Positions 12,933-22,753 of a stretch of DNA of 64,000 bases are shown here, piece after piece; position 1 is the first letter of the stretch; each line of letters starts with the position of its first letter. This stretch comes from Corallochytrium limacisporum Hawaii (lineage: Eukaryota; Protista; Pluriformea). Made by a program: the position numbers and the translations under genes. The stretch lies in NCBI GenBank assembly GCA_002811645.1, contig PDIP01000008.1, forward strand, positions 16,749 through 80,748, given 5' to 3'. The notes under the pieces were generated by a model that saw nothing but the letters and a program-made list of their open reading frames with translations, was not told the DNA's origin and did not search any database.

Positions 12933-13931
12933 ATGGGTAACAAAAACAGGGCAAAGAATCGCAAGCACCACAACGGCGGCCCAAAGCCGCAGGCTGGCGT
13001 GGTGCCTGTCAAGCATTGGGATGATCCGGAGCAGCGCGTTGTGCTCATGGTGACGACCCGGACCACTGGGCGCTGGACGTTCCCCAAGGGATCGATCAAG
13101 AGCTCCGAGAACGCCGAGGCCGCTGCCGTGCGCGAAGCCAAGGAGGAGGCCGGTGTGATTGGTACCTGTAGCGCCCGCCTCGGTACCTTCAAGGACGGTG
13201 ACAAGAACAACCAGCAGATTACTTACTTCCTTATGAATGTTACTGAGCAGTTGCAGGAGTTCGACGAGGCTGGCGTGCGCAAATTGGAATGGGTTAGTCT
13301 GGAGAAGGCTGAAGAAATGGCTGAGAAGAAATTCGTCAAGGATGTCGTCACAGAACTGAAGAAGCGCGTTGGTCAGGTCCCGGTCGAGACCCCGAAAGCT
13401 GAAGAGGAGAAAAAAGCCGAGCCAGAGTCCGCCACTGCCGCCGCAACTGGGACTGCTGCTGCCGTCAAGACCGAGTCCACCAAAGTCGAAAACAAGGCTT
13501 CCTCTGCGAGCGAAAAGATCAGCGAAGCCGTCAAGCCCGCGGAAGAGAAGGCTAAGGCTGCCGCTGAAGAAGTGAAGGGCAAGGCCCCTGAGCCCGTGAA
13601 AAAGGCCGTGGAGGAGGCAGAGAAGAAGGTGGAGGAAGTGACCAAGGAGGCAGAGACGAAGGTGGAGGAAGCTACCAAGGATGTCGAGCAGAAGGTCAAG
13701 GAGGTCAAGGACAAGGCTCCGGAACCGGCCAAAGGCGCTGTCGAGACTGTGGAGAAGAAAGCCACTGAGGCCAAGACTGAGGTGGCAAAGCAGGTTGATG
13801 CCGCCGAAAAGAAGGTCGAGGCTGTCGCGAAGACGTCGGCTGCGAAACCAGAGTCATCAGGGGATCAAAGTAACCCGCCGATCCGCGCCGACAAGGCCTC
13901 CACGAACTCAAGCTGCTGTGTCATTTTGTAA
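12933..13931 (+). CDS. Nudix hydrolase, DIPP/Ddp1/Aps1 (diphosphoinositol polyphosphate/polyP) type, with K/E/A-rich repeat tail and CaaX box
   Basis: WTFPKG..E...AAVREAKEEAGV Nudix box followed by GVIGTCSARLG (Gx2Gx6G, DIPP signature). About 170 aa of charged helical repeats follow, and the C-terminus is SSCCVIL. Confidence 0.88.
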   Translation: MGNKNRAKNRKHHNGGPKPQAGVVPVKHWDDPEQRVVLMVTTRTTGRWTFPKGSIKSSENAEAAAVREAKEEAGVIGTCSARLGTFKDGDKNNQQITYFLMNVTEQLQEFDEAGVRKLEWVSLEKAEEMAEKKFVKDVVTELKKRVGQVPVETPKAEEEKKAEPESATAAATGTAAAVKTESTKVENKASSASEKISEAVKPAEEKAKAAAEEVKGKAPEPVKKAVEEAEKKVEEVTKEAETKVEEATKDVEQKVKEVKDKAPEPAKGAVETVEKKATEAKTEVAKQVDAAEKKVEAVAKTSAAKPESSGDQSNPPIRADKASTNSSCCVIL

Positions 13932-14251
13932 AGAAACTGAACAAAAGAAATCTGGGGCACAAAGAGCCAAGGCATACGGGATCACGTGGGCCAGCAACCG
14001 AGAGAGTATGGCCAGGAACGGACGAGAATATTCCAAATCAACTCCCCCTGGATCCATTGTGGGCTCCACATTGTCCATTGTATTCATTCCACTTTCTTCT
14101 CCATTTCCCACAATTAAAGTTTGTATACGTAGCACCGATCACCCATGTCGTTCACTCTCATGTCTTGTTCTGGTCGCCTCAATGAGCGTTTGCGAATGGT
14201 TACATATTTATCAAATACAAGGTAGTCGTGTACGTGTCATTCTGAAGATCA

Positions 14252-17200
14252 TCAGTTCGTGGTGTGCAGGTCGGATAGGGCCGTTTGTAGCGACAGACCG
14301 AGGCACGGCGGTCTGCTGGCCAGTGTCATGGGCACACCGTAGAGAACGGGCGCAGCACCGACCAAGTGCAGCATTTTACACGCCTGGCGCGCCGTCATGC
14401 AAGCCCGAGCTAGAGACATGGGAACGTCTTCAAGAATGCCACCATTGTCGCTGCTTGTGCCACACTCTGTGGGGTGGGCAGGTACCGTGGATCCCCATTC
14501 ATGCAGCAAGTTCAGGCAGAAACGATCCAGATCTCTGTCTGTGACATCCCACAGATTGCCCACTATGGCCTGCGCACCACCCATAATGTAATCAGTGACC
14601 GGAGCAGTGGGCTCGATGAACATTTGTGCATCCAGATGCACACTGCTACAGCCCATCAACAACACAACAGGTGGACACAGTTTACTTTCCGTTAGGAAAC
14701 GGATCTCAGACCTCGAGATTACCCGTTCACCTGCATTGTGCCCGCAGTACAGGAATACCGTGCATGGATCCATCCGGGACACTGTAGCTTTCGGCTTCTT
14801 CGGCCCCCGTTTGGGGCCCTTCTGAGTTGCCGTTGTCTTCGGTTCACCACAGAAGAATGCCTCGTGCTTATCAGTCAGATTTGTGACGTCCTTCAGAGTT
14901 TTGTCCACCTCCGACTTGCCCATGTGTCCGCTCCACACGTTCCCGGCCTTGTCGTTGCCGTCAAAGACTGTCCTGAAGACCTTTTCCGTAGCCTTGAGGT
15001 CACCGAGCGGGTTGATCAGGTACCGCCCATTCTCGAAGTCGACAGAGAGCATGCCGTTGCTGGCATCGATTTGGCGGCTTAGATGGTCCGAGGAAAGGAA
15101 ACGGGAGACCGGTACGGCGTTGAGATTAGGAATGCACTCCCATGGCAGTTCCACAAACGCTGGACCAAGATGCAAGTATGTATGGCTCCATGACCACAGA
15201 TCTGGCAGGAAGTCCTCCCCAAATTCAGTCTCAATGAGATCCACAATGGCTTCCTGCAACGCCCCGAGCGCCTCCACACTCGCCTCCACGTTTCCGAGCT
15301 TCGTACCAGTGCATTCCAGTGCGACAAAATGCGCTACGGCCTCATAGTCAGCCTCCTCCAACAGAACGATCGAGTCGACTACGGCATTGGCACATAGCTC
15401 TAATTTGACCTCGTCAACGACGACAGCAGTGTCCTTGCTACGGCTTTTCCGCTTCGTGACCGCAGAACCACGAGTAGACTTGCTTTTGGTCTTGTTCATT
15501 GCTACTGCGGTAGGAAGGTTGCTACGCAGGGTGTCAATCGCCATGGCCACAGCACTCTTGCGGACCTTGCAGTCCAGAGCGGACCAGGGCGGACAAAGAG
15601 CCAGGGAAGAGGAACCGAGCACCAGGTCTTGCATATCCTGGCACAAATTCTCTACCCGGTCATTCAAGGAATTGCGTAACTGCCAGTAGTCGTGCTTAGC
15701 CTTCGGAGTCTTCGGATTCAGGCGGTTGGCCTTGGCCGATTCGACCAACACTTCCCTCAGGGCCATGGTCAGTCTTCGCAACTGGCTAGCAGCGTCACGG
15801 TCGCCGGCAAGACGAGACATATTCAGTGATGTTCCATTTGACCAGACCTTGGTCAAGGAGAGACAAGTCAGCCTACTGGGATCCAGGTCGACAAATACTG
15901 CACATTGGCGTGGTTGCATGGCCAGACAGTGCTGCACTGAGTCGCCCCTGCCGTCCAACTGCCTCTCGACCAGCTTGTCGAACAGAGTGGTACCGTGCTT
16001 GTCGCCAGACTTGTGCAATTGGCGGCGGATAGTGTCGGAATAGCGTGCATACCCAATACCACGGCGAAAGAAAGGGACTTGCCCCTGGAAGCTCGCCCAC
16101 TCGGCCGGTCTGCCGCAGTTGAGAACATCTCTGATTGATGCAACACAGTCTCCATCTGCTTCTTGCACGAGATAACGGATTGTCGCCACATCACATTTTC
16201 GGCACATGTCGTTTGGTGCCAGAGATCCGAGTTCGTGCAGAGTGTCATCAATGTGAGATCGATACTTGGAGTTCAGGATCGCGAAGAGTAAGAGAAAGCC
16301 TGTCTGAATGTGTGTGGCAATGGAGCATGTGCCCGCGGTAATGCTGCGAGTCAAGCTCGCATCGGCGTGGTCGAGGGACAATGCGGCAAGGCTCTTCGTC
16401 ACATCCTCAGTACGTTCGATTTCAAGGTCGTCCAGGTCATCCATGTCTGACTCAGCCCCATCCTCGACGTCTTGACCTTCAGACACAAGAACCCAGCGGG
16501 ATTCAACAGCCTGGAAGATATTCGACCAGAGTGAAGTTGCACTTTCAGAGTCTTTGAGAGCCGCTACACCATCCGTTTCCATCTCAACCAGCTTTCTCGC
16601 CATCTTGCACACTAGTGGTTCGGTTGATATCTCCTTGTTTTGGGTCGCCCAGGTTAATTTGTTGAGCAATTGCAGAGACGTATGTGCCTGATCTGATACC
16701 CCTTGGCGTCTCCAAATGTCAGATCGCAGAGAAAGAAGCTCGGCCCAAATATAGGACAGACGCCAACGATTCCCAGCAAGGCTTTGGTTAGCTGCCTCTG
16801 TCTCTCCGCAGCAGACAAGGACAAAGTCATTCGCAAGGGATCTACAGCTTGAACATGTTTCGATGTCGTCCTTACCTGTCAGTACGCCGGCTTTCTGAAG
16901 CAGTTTCTCGAATTCTCGGATGGCGTCTGTGCAAGTGTAGGCGGCTTCGATAAGGTTGCCCTTCTCAACCTGCTCTAAGGTCATACAATACAGTTTCAGC
17001 CCAGTCAACAACCATTTTGCTTGACTGTTGTCCTTTCCTGCGCACGCAAGACGTTCGCACAGCAGCTTGTGAATGTCTTGGCGTTCTTCTGAGGAAGCCC
17101 CGGCCGAAGACATCCGAAGCCAACTATCGTTGATGAAGGTCCAGATCGATTCAGATGCCTCCTGGTCATCCTTGGCCAGTTTCTGCAAAGCGGCTCCAGC

Positions 17201-19303
17201 TGCCATTAGTAGGGTATGATTGTCCCGCAATTTGGCAATATCGGCCACCAGGCTAAGCCAGATCTTGTCCTCACTTTGTAGCATCGTGTTCTCAATATAG
17301 TCAATACTATGCTCACTCTGGCCGCCAACAATGACATTGTACAAAGCCTCAGTGCTGGAGTCGATACTGAGAATGGGATCATGGTTTCGCAGACCGTGGA
17401 GCATGTGTGCTTCTGATTCCGCACCCTGGCGATGAAGGGCTTTCGCGTACTCGTAGTACACATCAACCAAGTTTTTATTCTCGGTCAGGAGCACCAAGAG
17501 GGTCTGCCAATGAGCAATGCCAATTGCTTGCTTGCGATGGTGCGCCTTGCATAATCCCCGTATCAGTTCGCTTAACTCAGTGGTGTTACGTAGAATCTTT
17601 AGAGCTGATTGTGACTGCTCCGTAATCTTCCCAGAGGTCAGAGTGCTCTGCAGAACGGCATTCGCACAGTCTCCGTCAATAATCGCATCCCCGTTCACCG
17701 CAATCCGCGGCTCCATATCAGCATCACTGTTCAGAGTGACCTCAATGATTCTCAACCGTGCCTTCAATTGCTTGTCTTCCACTTTTGCCATCAAGCCCGA
17801 CAACGTGTTTGACTGATAAAGGAGACGGATAGACGCTCTTGAACCCATAGAGGACATGACCTCCATTTGTTGTGTGCAAACGGAAACAAACCTTTCGACC
17901 AGCTCTTTATCGGTCACATTGAAGCATATGTTTTGCTTCCCAGCAATAAGCGAGATACTCTCATCAAGGGCATCTGCGTTATCGTAAATGCTGAAGTATG
18001 CATCCCACACGGACGATGCCATTTGAAGAACCGTCTGGCGATTGTCGCCTTCTGGGAGCTCAGTCTGAGTCACTTTACAAGCCATTGCCCATAGGTACGC
18101 CGCCACGGCGTTTCTCAGTCCTTTATGACGGAAGCGTGTTGTCCCGCAGTACTTGGAAAACTTGCTGATTAGATCCACAGTCTGTTTGGAAAAGGGACGA
18201 TAACGTAATGGATCACTTTGCTGCAAGGCTGGGAGCAATTCAAGAATTTCTGTTTCAATGTCCTTGTTTTGCACGTTTGCCTTCTTCTTTCCCGCACTCT
18301 GCATACCCCAAAGAATTCTGCACGCCTGCATGCAGCTGTAGTAAGCCTCGTTTCCCACCAGGGGTACGATTTGTTGTAATGCCTCAATAATTCGCAAAAG
18401 ACCTTCACCGGAGGCACGGTCCTGCAGAAATAAGACCTGGAACATGTACCTGGCAGCTTCTGGCAAGCGCTTAAAGAATGGCATGAGGTTCATACCCGAC
18501 ACCCAATGCAAGACCTGGTCGTACAGACTCCGGACTTGTGTCGGGTCCTGAACCGCCTTAATCATCGTCCAACTGCGCAGGACCTCGTCGATTGTTCCTC
18601 TGGCAGCCTTCATTAGTTCCGGTTTACTGGATCCTTCCGCCAGCGGCGTAAACAGTCCGTGGCAGAATGCAATGGCATCTTGTGCCTCATTACTAGCTAG
18701 CTTCTGCACTGCGCTCCTCCCTTGTAGAATCTTCCGTAGCTGCTGCACGATTTGAGCCAAGGTAGAGATGTTCTTGGTGGTTATTAGCCCATGAACTGAA
18801 GAAGACACAGTTTCTTTGTTGACGGCTACTCTTTCTTTCGCGCATCCTGCCAAACGCAAGATGGTGAGTGCCTCAAATAATTTAACTGAGTGAATCCATC
18901 TATTTCCAGCCGCACCCCATTTCGATCCCCAAGTGGTCACCGATTGTTGCAGGCACCTGTTTAACTCTGAAATCACCCGAGTCCAGCTCGTGGTTAACAC
19001 AGTGATGGCAAGGGTATAGATATCGGATACTGTTCTCATGGGAACAAGAGCGACTTCAGCAAGCTCTGCCATGATATACGCTACTCGCTCAGCATGCGAC
19101 TTGGATTTTCCCAGCGTCTTCTTCAGCTCCATAATTCCGATGTCAAAGAGCCCCTTCACAACCACACTTGACTCTTTATCAGTGCGCTTATCGCGCAGGC
19201 ATTTTGCCAGGCCTGCAGCATCTTCCTTTATAGTACTGAAAGATCGGTCCTCCTTGGGACTAAGCGCAGCTAAGATGTTGGCTTTGTAGATGTCCACAGA
19301 CAT
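14252..19303 (-). CDS. ESPL1: Separase (peptidase C50)
   Basis: 1683-aa ORF. The C-terminal caspase-like domain has LPWECIP, YLINPLGDL, FLYCGHNAG (catalytic His), VLLMGCSS (catalytic Cys) and VGNLWDVTDRDLDRF. The long N-terminus is helical. Confidence 0.95.
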   Translation of the reverse strand: MSVDIYKANILAALSPKEDRSFSTIKEDAAGLAKCLRDKRTDKESSVVVKGLFDIGIMELKKTLGKSKSHAERVAYIMAELAEVALVPMRTVSDIYTLAITVLTTSWTRVISELNRCLQQSVTTWGSKWGAAGNRWIHSVKLFEALTILRLAGCAKERVAVNKETVSSSVHGLITTKNISTLAQIVQQLRKILQGRSAVQKLASNEAQDAIAFCHGLFTPLAEGSSKPELMKAARGTIDEVLRSWTMIKAVQDPTQVRSLYDQVLHWVSGMNLMPFFKRLPEAARYMFQVLFLQDRASGEGLLRIIEALQQIVPLVGNEAYYSCMQACRILWGMQSAGKKKANVQNKDIETEILELLPALQQSDPLRYRPFSKQTVDLISKFSKYCGTTRFRHKGLRNAVAAYLWAMACKVTQTELPEGDNRQTVLQMASSVWDAYFSIYDNADALDESISLIAGKQNICFNVTDKELVERFVSVCTQQMEVMSSMGSRASIRLLYQSNTLSGLMAKVEDKQLKARLRIIEVTLNSDADMEPRIAVNGDAIIDGDCANAVLQSTLTSGKITEQSQSALKILRNTTELSELIRGLCKAHHRKQAIGIAHWQTLLVLLTENKNLVDVYYEYAKALHRQGAESEAHMLHGLRNHDPILSIDSSTEALYNVIVGGQSEHSIDYIENTMLQSEDKIWLSLVADIAKLRDNHTLLMAAGAALQKLAKDDQEASESIWTFINDSWLRMSSAGASSEERQDIHKLLCERLACAGKDNSQAKWLLTGLKLYCMTLEQVEKGNLIEAAYTCTDAIREFEKLLQKAGVLTGKDDIETCSSCRSLANDFVLVCCGETEAANQSLAGNRWRLSYIWAELLSLRSDIWRRQGVSDQAHTSLQLLNKLTWATQNKEISTEPLVCKMARKLVEMETDGVAALKDSESATSLWSNIFQAVESRWVLVSEGQDVEDGAESDMDDLDDLEIERTEDVTKSLAALSLDHADASLTRSITAGTCSIATHIQTGFLLLFAILNSKYRSHIDDTLHELGSLAPNDMCRKCDVATIRYLVQEADGDCVASIRDVLNCGRPAEWASFQGQVPFFRRGIGYARYSDTIRRQLHKSGDKHGTTLFDKLVERQLDGRGDSVQHCLAMQPRQCAVFVDLDPSRLTCLSLTKVWSNGTSLNMSRLAGDRDAASQLRRLTMALREVLVESAKANRLNPKTPKAKHDYWQLRNSLNDRVENLCQDMQDLVLGSSSLALCPPWSALDCKVRKSAVAMAIDTLRSNLPTAVAMNKTKSKSTRGSAVTKRKSRSKDTAVVVDEVKLELCANAVVDSIVLLEEADYEAVAHFVALECTGTKLGNVEASVEALGALQEAIVDLIETEFGEDFLPDLWSWSHTYLHLGPAFVELPWECIPNLNAVPVSRFLSSDHLSRQIDASNGMLSVDFENGRYLINPLGDLKATEKVFRTVFDGNDKAGNVWSGHMGKSEVDKTLKDVTNLTDKHEAFFCGEPKTTATQKGPKRGPKKPKATVSRMDPCTVFLYCGHNAGERVISRSEIRFLTESKLCPPVVLLMGCSSVHLDAQMFIEPTAPVTDYIMGGAQAIVGNLWDVTDRDLDRFCLNLLHEWGSTVPAHPTECGTSSDNGGILEDVPMSLARACMTARQACKMLHLVGAAPVLYGVPMTLASRPPCLGLSLQTALSDLHTTN

Positions 19304-19502
19304 ATCTTTTGTTCTCTATGGTGATCACTTGCCTCTGTACATGTGTCTAATCTATTATCTATTCGCTGAATACAGGAAGTACAATCGTTGCCGAATATGT
19401 TCAATAGGCAAAGGCGAAATGATTTGACGAAGCTGTCGCCCGAAGCGTTGTGCCAAGTAGCTTTCCATTTTCCGTCAGTGAGACCCCCCTCCCCGCCGGG
19501 CC

Positions 19503-19587
19503 GGGGCGGGCTCCGCTTTCAAACTTTTGGCGGGAAGGGTGGGCTTAACCGGATGAGATCCCCTGGTTAAAATGGGCCCCGCATTGG
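19503..19587 (-). promoter_or_regulatory. Candidate cell-cycle promoter of separase: E2F site + CHR (TTTGAA), GC box, CCAAT
   Basis: The minus strand reads TTCCCGCCAAAAGTTTGAA at 19536-19518. GGGGCGGG lies at 19503-19510 and ATTGG at 19583-19587, within the 520-bp divergent separase/cyt b561 intergenic region. Confidence 0.5.
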
Positions 19588-19825
19588 GGCACCAGCACAA
19601 GGAAGGCATGAAGCACTTGGTCGCTCAGGACTGATGATCTCGGAGTGCTCGTAGGAGATAGCCCGGGTGGCTACTTAAAGAAAGAGAAGCCATCCAGCTC
19701 GTCCGTGTATGTACGGTCGCAAACGACCCACAGAAACCAAAGATCAAATCAGCGAAATGGAAGCATCATAACACAAGCAGAAGTCCAACAGTACACACCG
19801 GCAAACTAGGTCATGACATCCCGCT

Positions 19826-20380
19826 ATGACGGACGACCAGAAAGTGATCAATGCCCATGGCCTGGTCATGGGCATTGCTTGGCTTGTTCTTGCACCCTTA
19901 GGAATCTTTCTTGGTAGATTCATGCAGAAACTGGATATTGATATGAAGGTGCGCAATCATACTCACATGGGGATCATGTTCATTGTATGGCTGCTGACTA
20001 TCATTGGCGCGGTGTTGGCATTCGTAAGCGATGGTGAGGGTCAGCTCTACCATAAAGTCATCGCGTACATTGTTTTCATTTCCACAGTACTACTGCCCTA
20101 CTTGGGCTACGTGAGCATGCAGAATGGTAGACGGTATAGGCCGAAGGTTGTCCCCTTCCATCGGCACTGGGGGTGGCTAATCCTCGCCCTCGGCATTTAC
20201 TCAGTTTTCTCCGGCATCGCAGCCCTGAAACCTGGCGATGAGTGGTTCATCGTCGCTGGAGTGATATGCGGGGTTGCTGTGTTGTCCTTTGTTTCCGCTG
20301 AGATCTACGTTCGCCAGAAACCAGCCATTGAAGAGGTGCAGCGTGAGCCGGCGGTAGACGGCAACATCAAACTGACTTAA
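19826..20380 (+). CDS. Cytochrome b561-family transmembrane heme protein (no DOMON domain)
   Basis: 184 aa with five hydrophobic helices and four positioned His (AHGLVMGIAW, HTHMGIM, YHKVIAY, FHRHWGW). Confidence 0.85.
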   Translation: MTDDQKVINAHGLVMGIAWLVLAPLGIFLGRFMQKLDIDMKVRNHTHMGIMFIVWLLTIIGAVLAFVSDGEGQLYHKVIAYIVFISTVLLPYLGYVSMQNGRRYRPKVVPFHRHWGWLILALGIYSVFSGIAALKPGDEWFIVAGVICGVAVLSFVSAEIYVRQKPAIEEVQREPAVDGNIKLT

Positions 20381-20699
20381 TTGAGGACAACAGATGACCT
20401 TCCTACGGCTACAAAGCACATCAAACATTCACACTATCGTCATCGTCCATAAACATGGCCATCAGAACCATATCCGCTTCATCTAAACGAACACGGGGAA
20501 GAGACTTGCGCTTGTTGGTCTCGTGCTAGATCGCACCGTACCTTTATCCAGCCCCCTTGTCCTCCCCCTCCTTTCTCTGACTTACCAGCGAGGCGCTGGG
20601 TGCAAGGTTTACTCGGCAGCGATGGCAGCCGGGCTCCCCCTCCCTTCGGTCCTCTCTGTCTCTCCCCGCTACTGTGCACGTCTGTGCCTCTCCCTCTCT

Positions 20700-20744
20700 C
20701 TGTGTATGTGTGTGTGCGCGCGCGCGCGTGTGTGTGTGTGTGTG
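20700..20744. repeat. (TG)n(CG)n(TG)n alternating purine-pyrimidine tract (Z-DNA-prone)
   Basis: tgtgtatgtgtgtgtgcgcgcgcgcgcgtgtgtgtgtgtgtgtg. Confidence 0.8.
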
Positions 20745-22753
20745 CCTTGACCTCCTCCTCCACGGAGGGACCCCACTAAAAACCCTTCCCTTGCCCCGGC
20801 CCCCCCCCCTCAACCAGTCCCCTCGCCTCGTTAAGAAAAAGGAAAGGGGGGCGGTCGTCAACAGAAACGGGCGAAGGCGAGAGGGGGAGGGGTGTTTTGG
20901 AAGGGGTTTGGGAAGTGTTCGGTTTGTCGTGGTCGTTGCCGTTCCCTCTGGTGCATTCTCGCTGTCAAGTGCGTTGGTGTTCCTCGGGACCACATCCTCC
21001 CTGGCATGGCCAAAAAAGCACGAGGTACCCACCGTACAAGCCAAGCGGCAAACGTCACGGGCAAAGGGCACCGAGCCAAGCGATGGGCGATTGGGTGTCT
21101 GGGAGCGAGAGCGAGTGAGGGAGGAACCGAAACGAAGAAAATCGAAAATAAAAGAAGCAGCAGCTGCAAACTCCCCGTGGCAGCTGCCGAACCAGGCAAC
21201 ATCTCGTCCCTCGACATTCCATCGCTTCACCCGCCATCTGGACGACATGTTGTTTGTTTTCGGATGAGATGTATGCAGCTTTCTTAGTTTCGTTAGGTAT
21301 ATTCATCATTAAGGATGAAGTTTTAATTGGTGAGTGACCTATACCGTCTCGATAGGCTAAACAGACGGGAGGCGTCAAGGTCGGCCCAGGGCCCGCATTC
21401 TGCTAAATGGGCCATCACGAAATGCCATACCTCTTAGGACACCGTAGCATCACTTGAGTATCGCCAAATATACTGCCCTGGCGATGATGCTTACCGTACT
21501 GCCGCCATACATCACCCGCGATGACGCGATCAGGCTTCACTTGGGACGGGCGGGGGGGGGGCGGACCTGAAGCGAAAAATTCCAATCGATGGGAGCCCGT
21601 GCCAGGTTTGCATTGCGGTACTTTCAGTACTGCACTCTCACCCCCCTGTGCCGTGACCTGGTGCTTCGCAGGGTGTCAGGATGCGGCAGGCGGGTGAGCA
21701 GGGCGGGTTAGTACGTATCACAAAACAAAAAAAAAATGAGGCACAAAAACACAATACATTCAACACTCTCAAATGGCCGTAACCACCATCTTCGACCTAC
21801 TCCTTTGAATACTAACCGCCTTTCTTCCCTGATCTCTCTCGTCCTCCCCTCTCCCATCTGCCAGCCTTCGTCTGCGAAGGACACCAAAAAGCAAATAAAA
21901 AAGAATTGGTGTGGGGCCAATTGAGACCCAGACACCTTCTCCCTTTTTCTGCCTTCCTCTAAAACCTTCTGCTGTGTATTCTATTTCTTCTTTCTTCTGC
22001 TGCTTCCATCGCACACTTTCTTTCTTTTTTTTGTTTTTTCTACGTCTTCTTCTTTGCTTCGTCGTACTTGATTCTCTCGTCTTTTGGCCCCCCCCCTCTT
22101 CCTCTCAACCCACTTTTTTTTTTCGTTTTTATCGCGTCCCAAATCTCATCGCTGGCGGGTCCAAAAAGCCACTGAAAAAGTGAGAGTCCCAAAAGAGAGA
22201 GAGAGCAACGGGCAAGACAGAAAAGAAAGGCCCCGCTCGCTCCTTGCCCCAAAGTCAGAACGAGAGGGTTTCGGAGGGGTGGGCTCCGCAAAGGAATTTT
22301 GATCCGAGCTGCCAGGGCGGGTCGGACGAAAATTGCGCGGTACATTTAGTACCGTGTGTGATCCCTTGGCGCAGGAGGACCTGTGGATCGTTTCAGGGAA
22401 CCGGGGGGGAAGGGATGAGAGGCTGCAAGAGGAGGGTGCCGGCCACAGTGGTCGCGAGGTTACATCGAGATTTCCCGGTTGCTTGCAGTGCATGAATGAG
22501 CAACGAGGATGTGTTTGAGTCTTACGTATACTTTTCCCATTTGGATCGAGCGGTTCTGTTTCTTGATTTGTTCTTCACCCCCGTGAAGTGCACTTAAGGT
22601 AGTGGACAGGTGTTCCTGGTAGTTATTTGAAGAAGGGCCTGAAACTCCATCGTCTGGAAGTATATCCCGTCCTCTGTGGAAGATTTCTAGGACTCTCTTG
22701 ATCGATCGGTTCTTGCGGGCAGAAAAGTTCCAAAGTCTAATGATTCTTTGATT

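Noticed and set aside
13681-14544. 287-aa ORF bridging the Nudix and separase 3' ends
   Set aside because: It is an alternative frame of the repetitive Nudix tail plus antisense of separase, with no coherent domain.
19628-19670. CTGATGA plus TCTC/GAGA stem resembling a hammerhead ribozyme core
   Set aside because: The required GAAA after stem II is missing.
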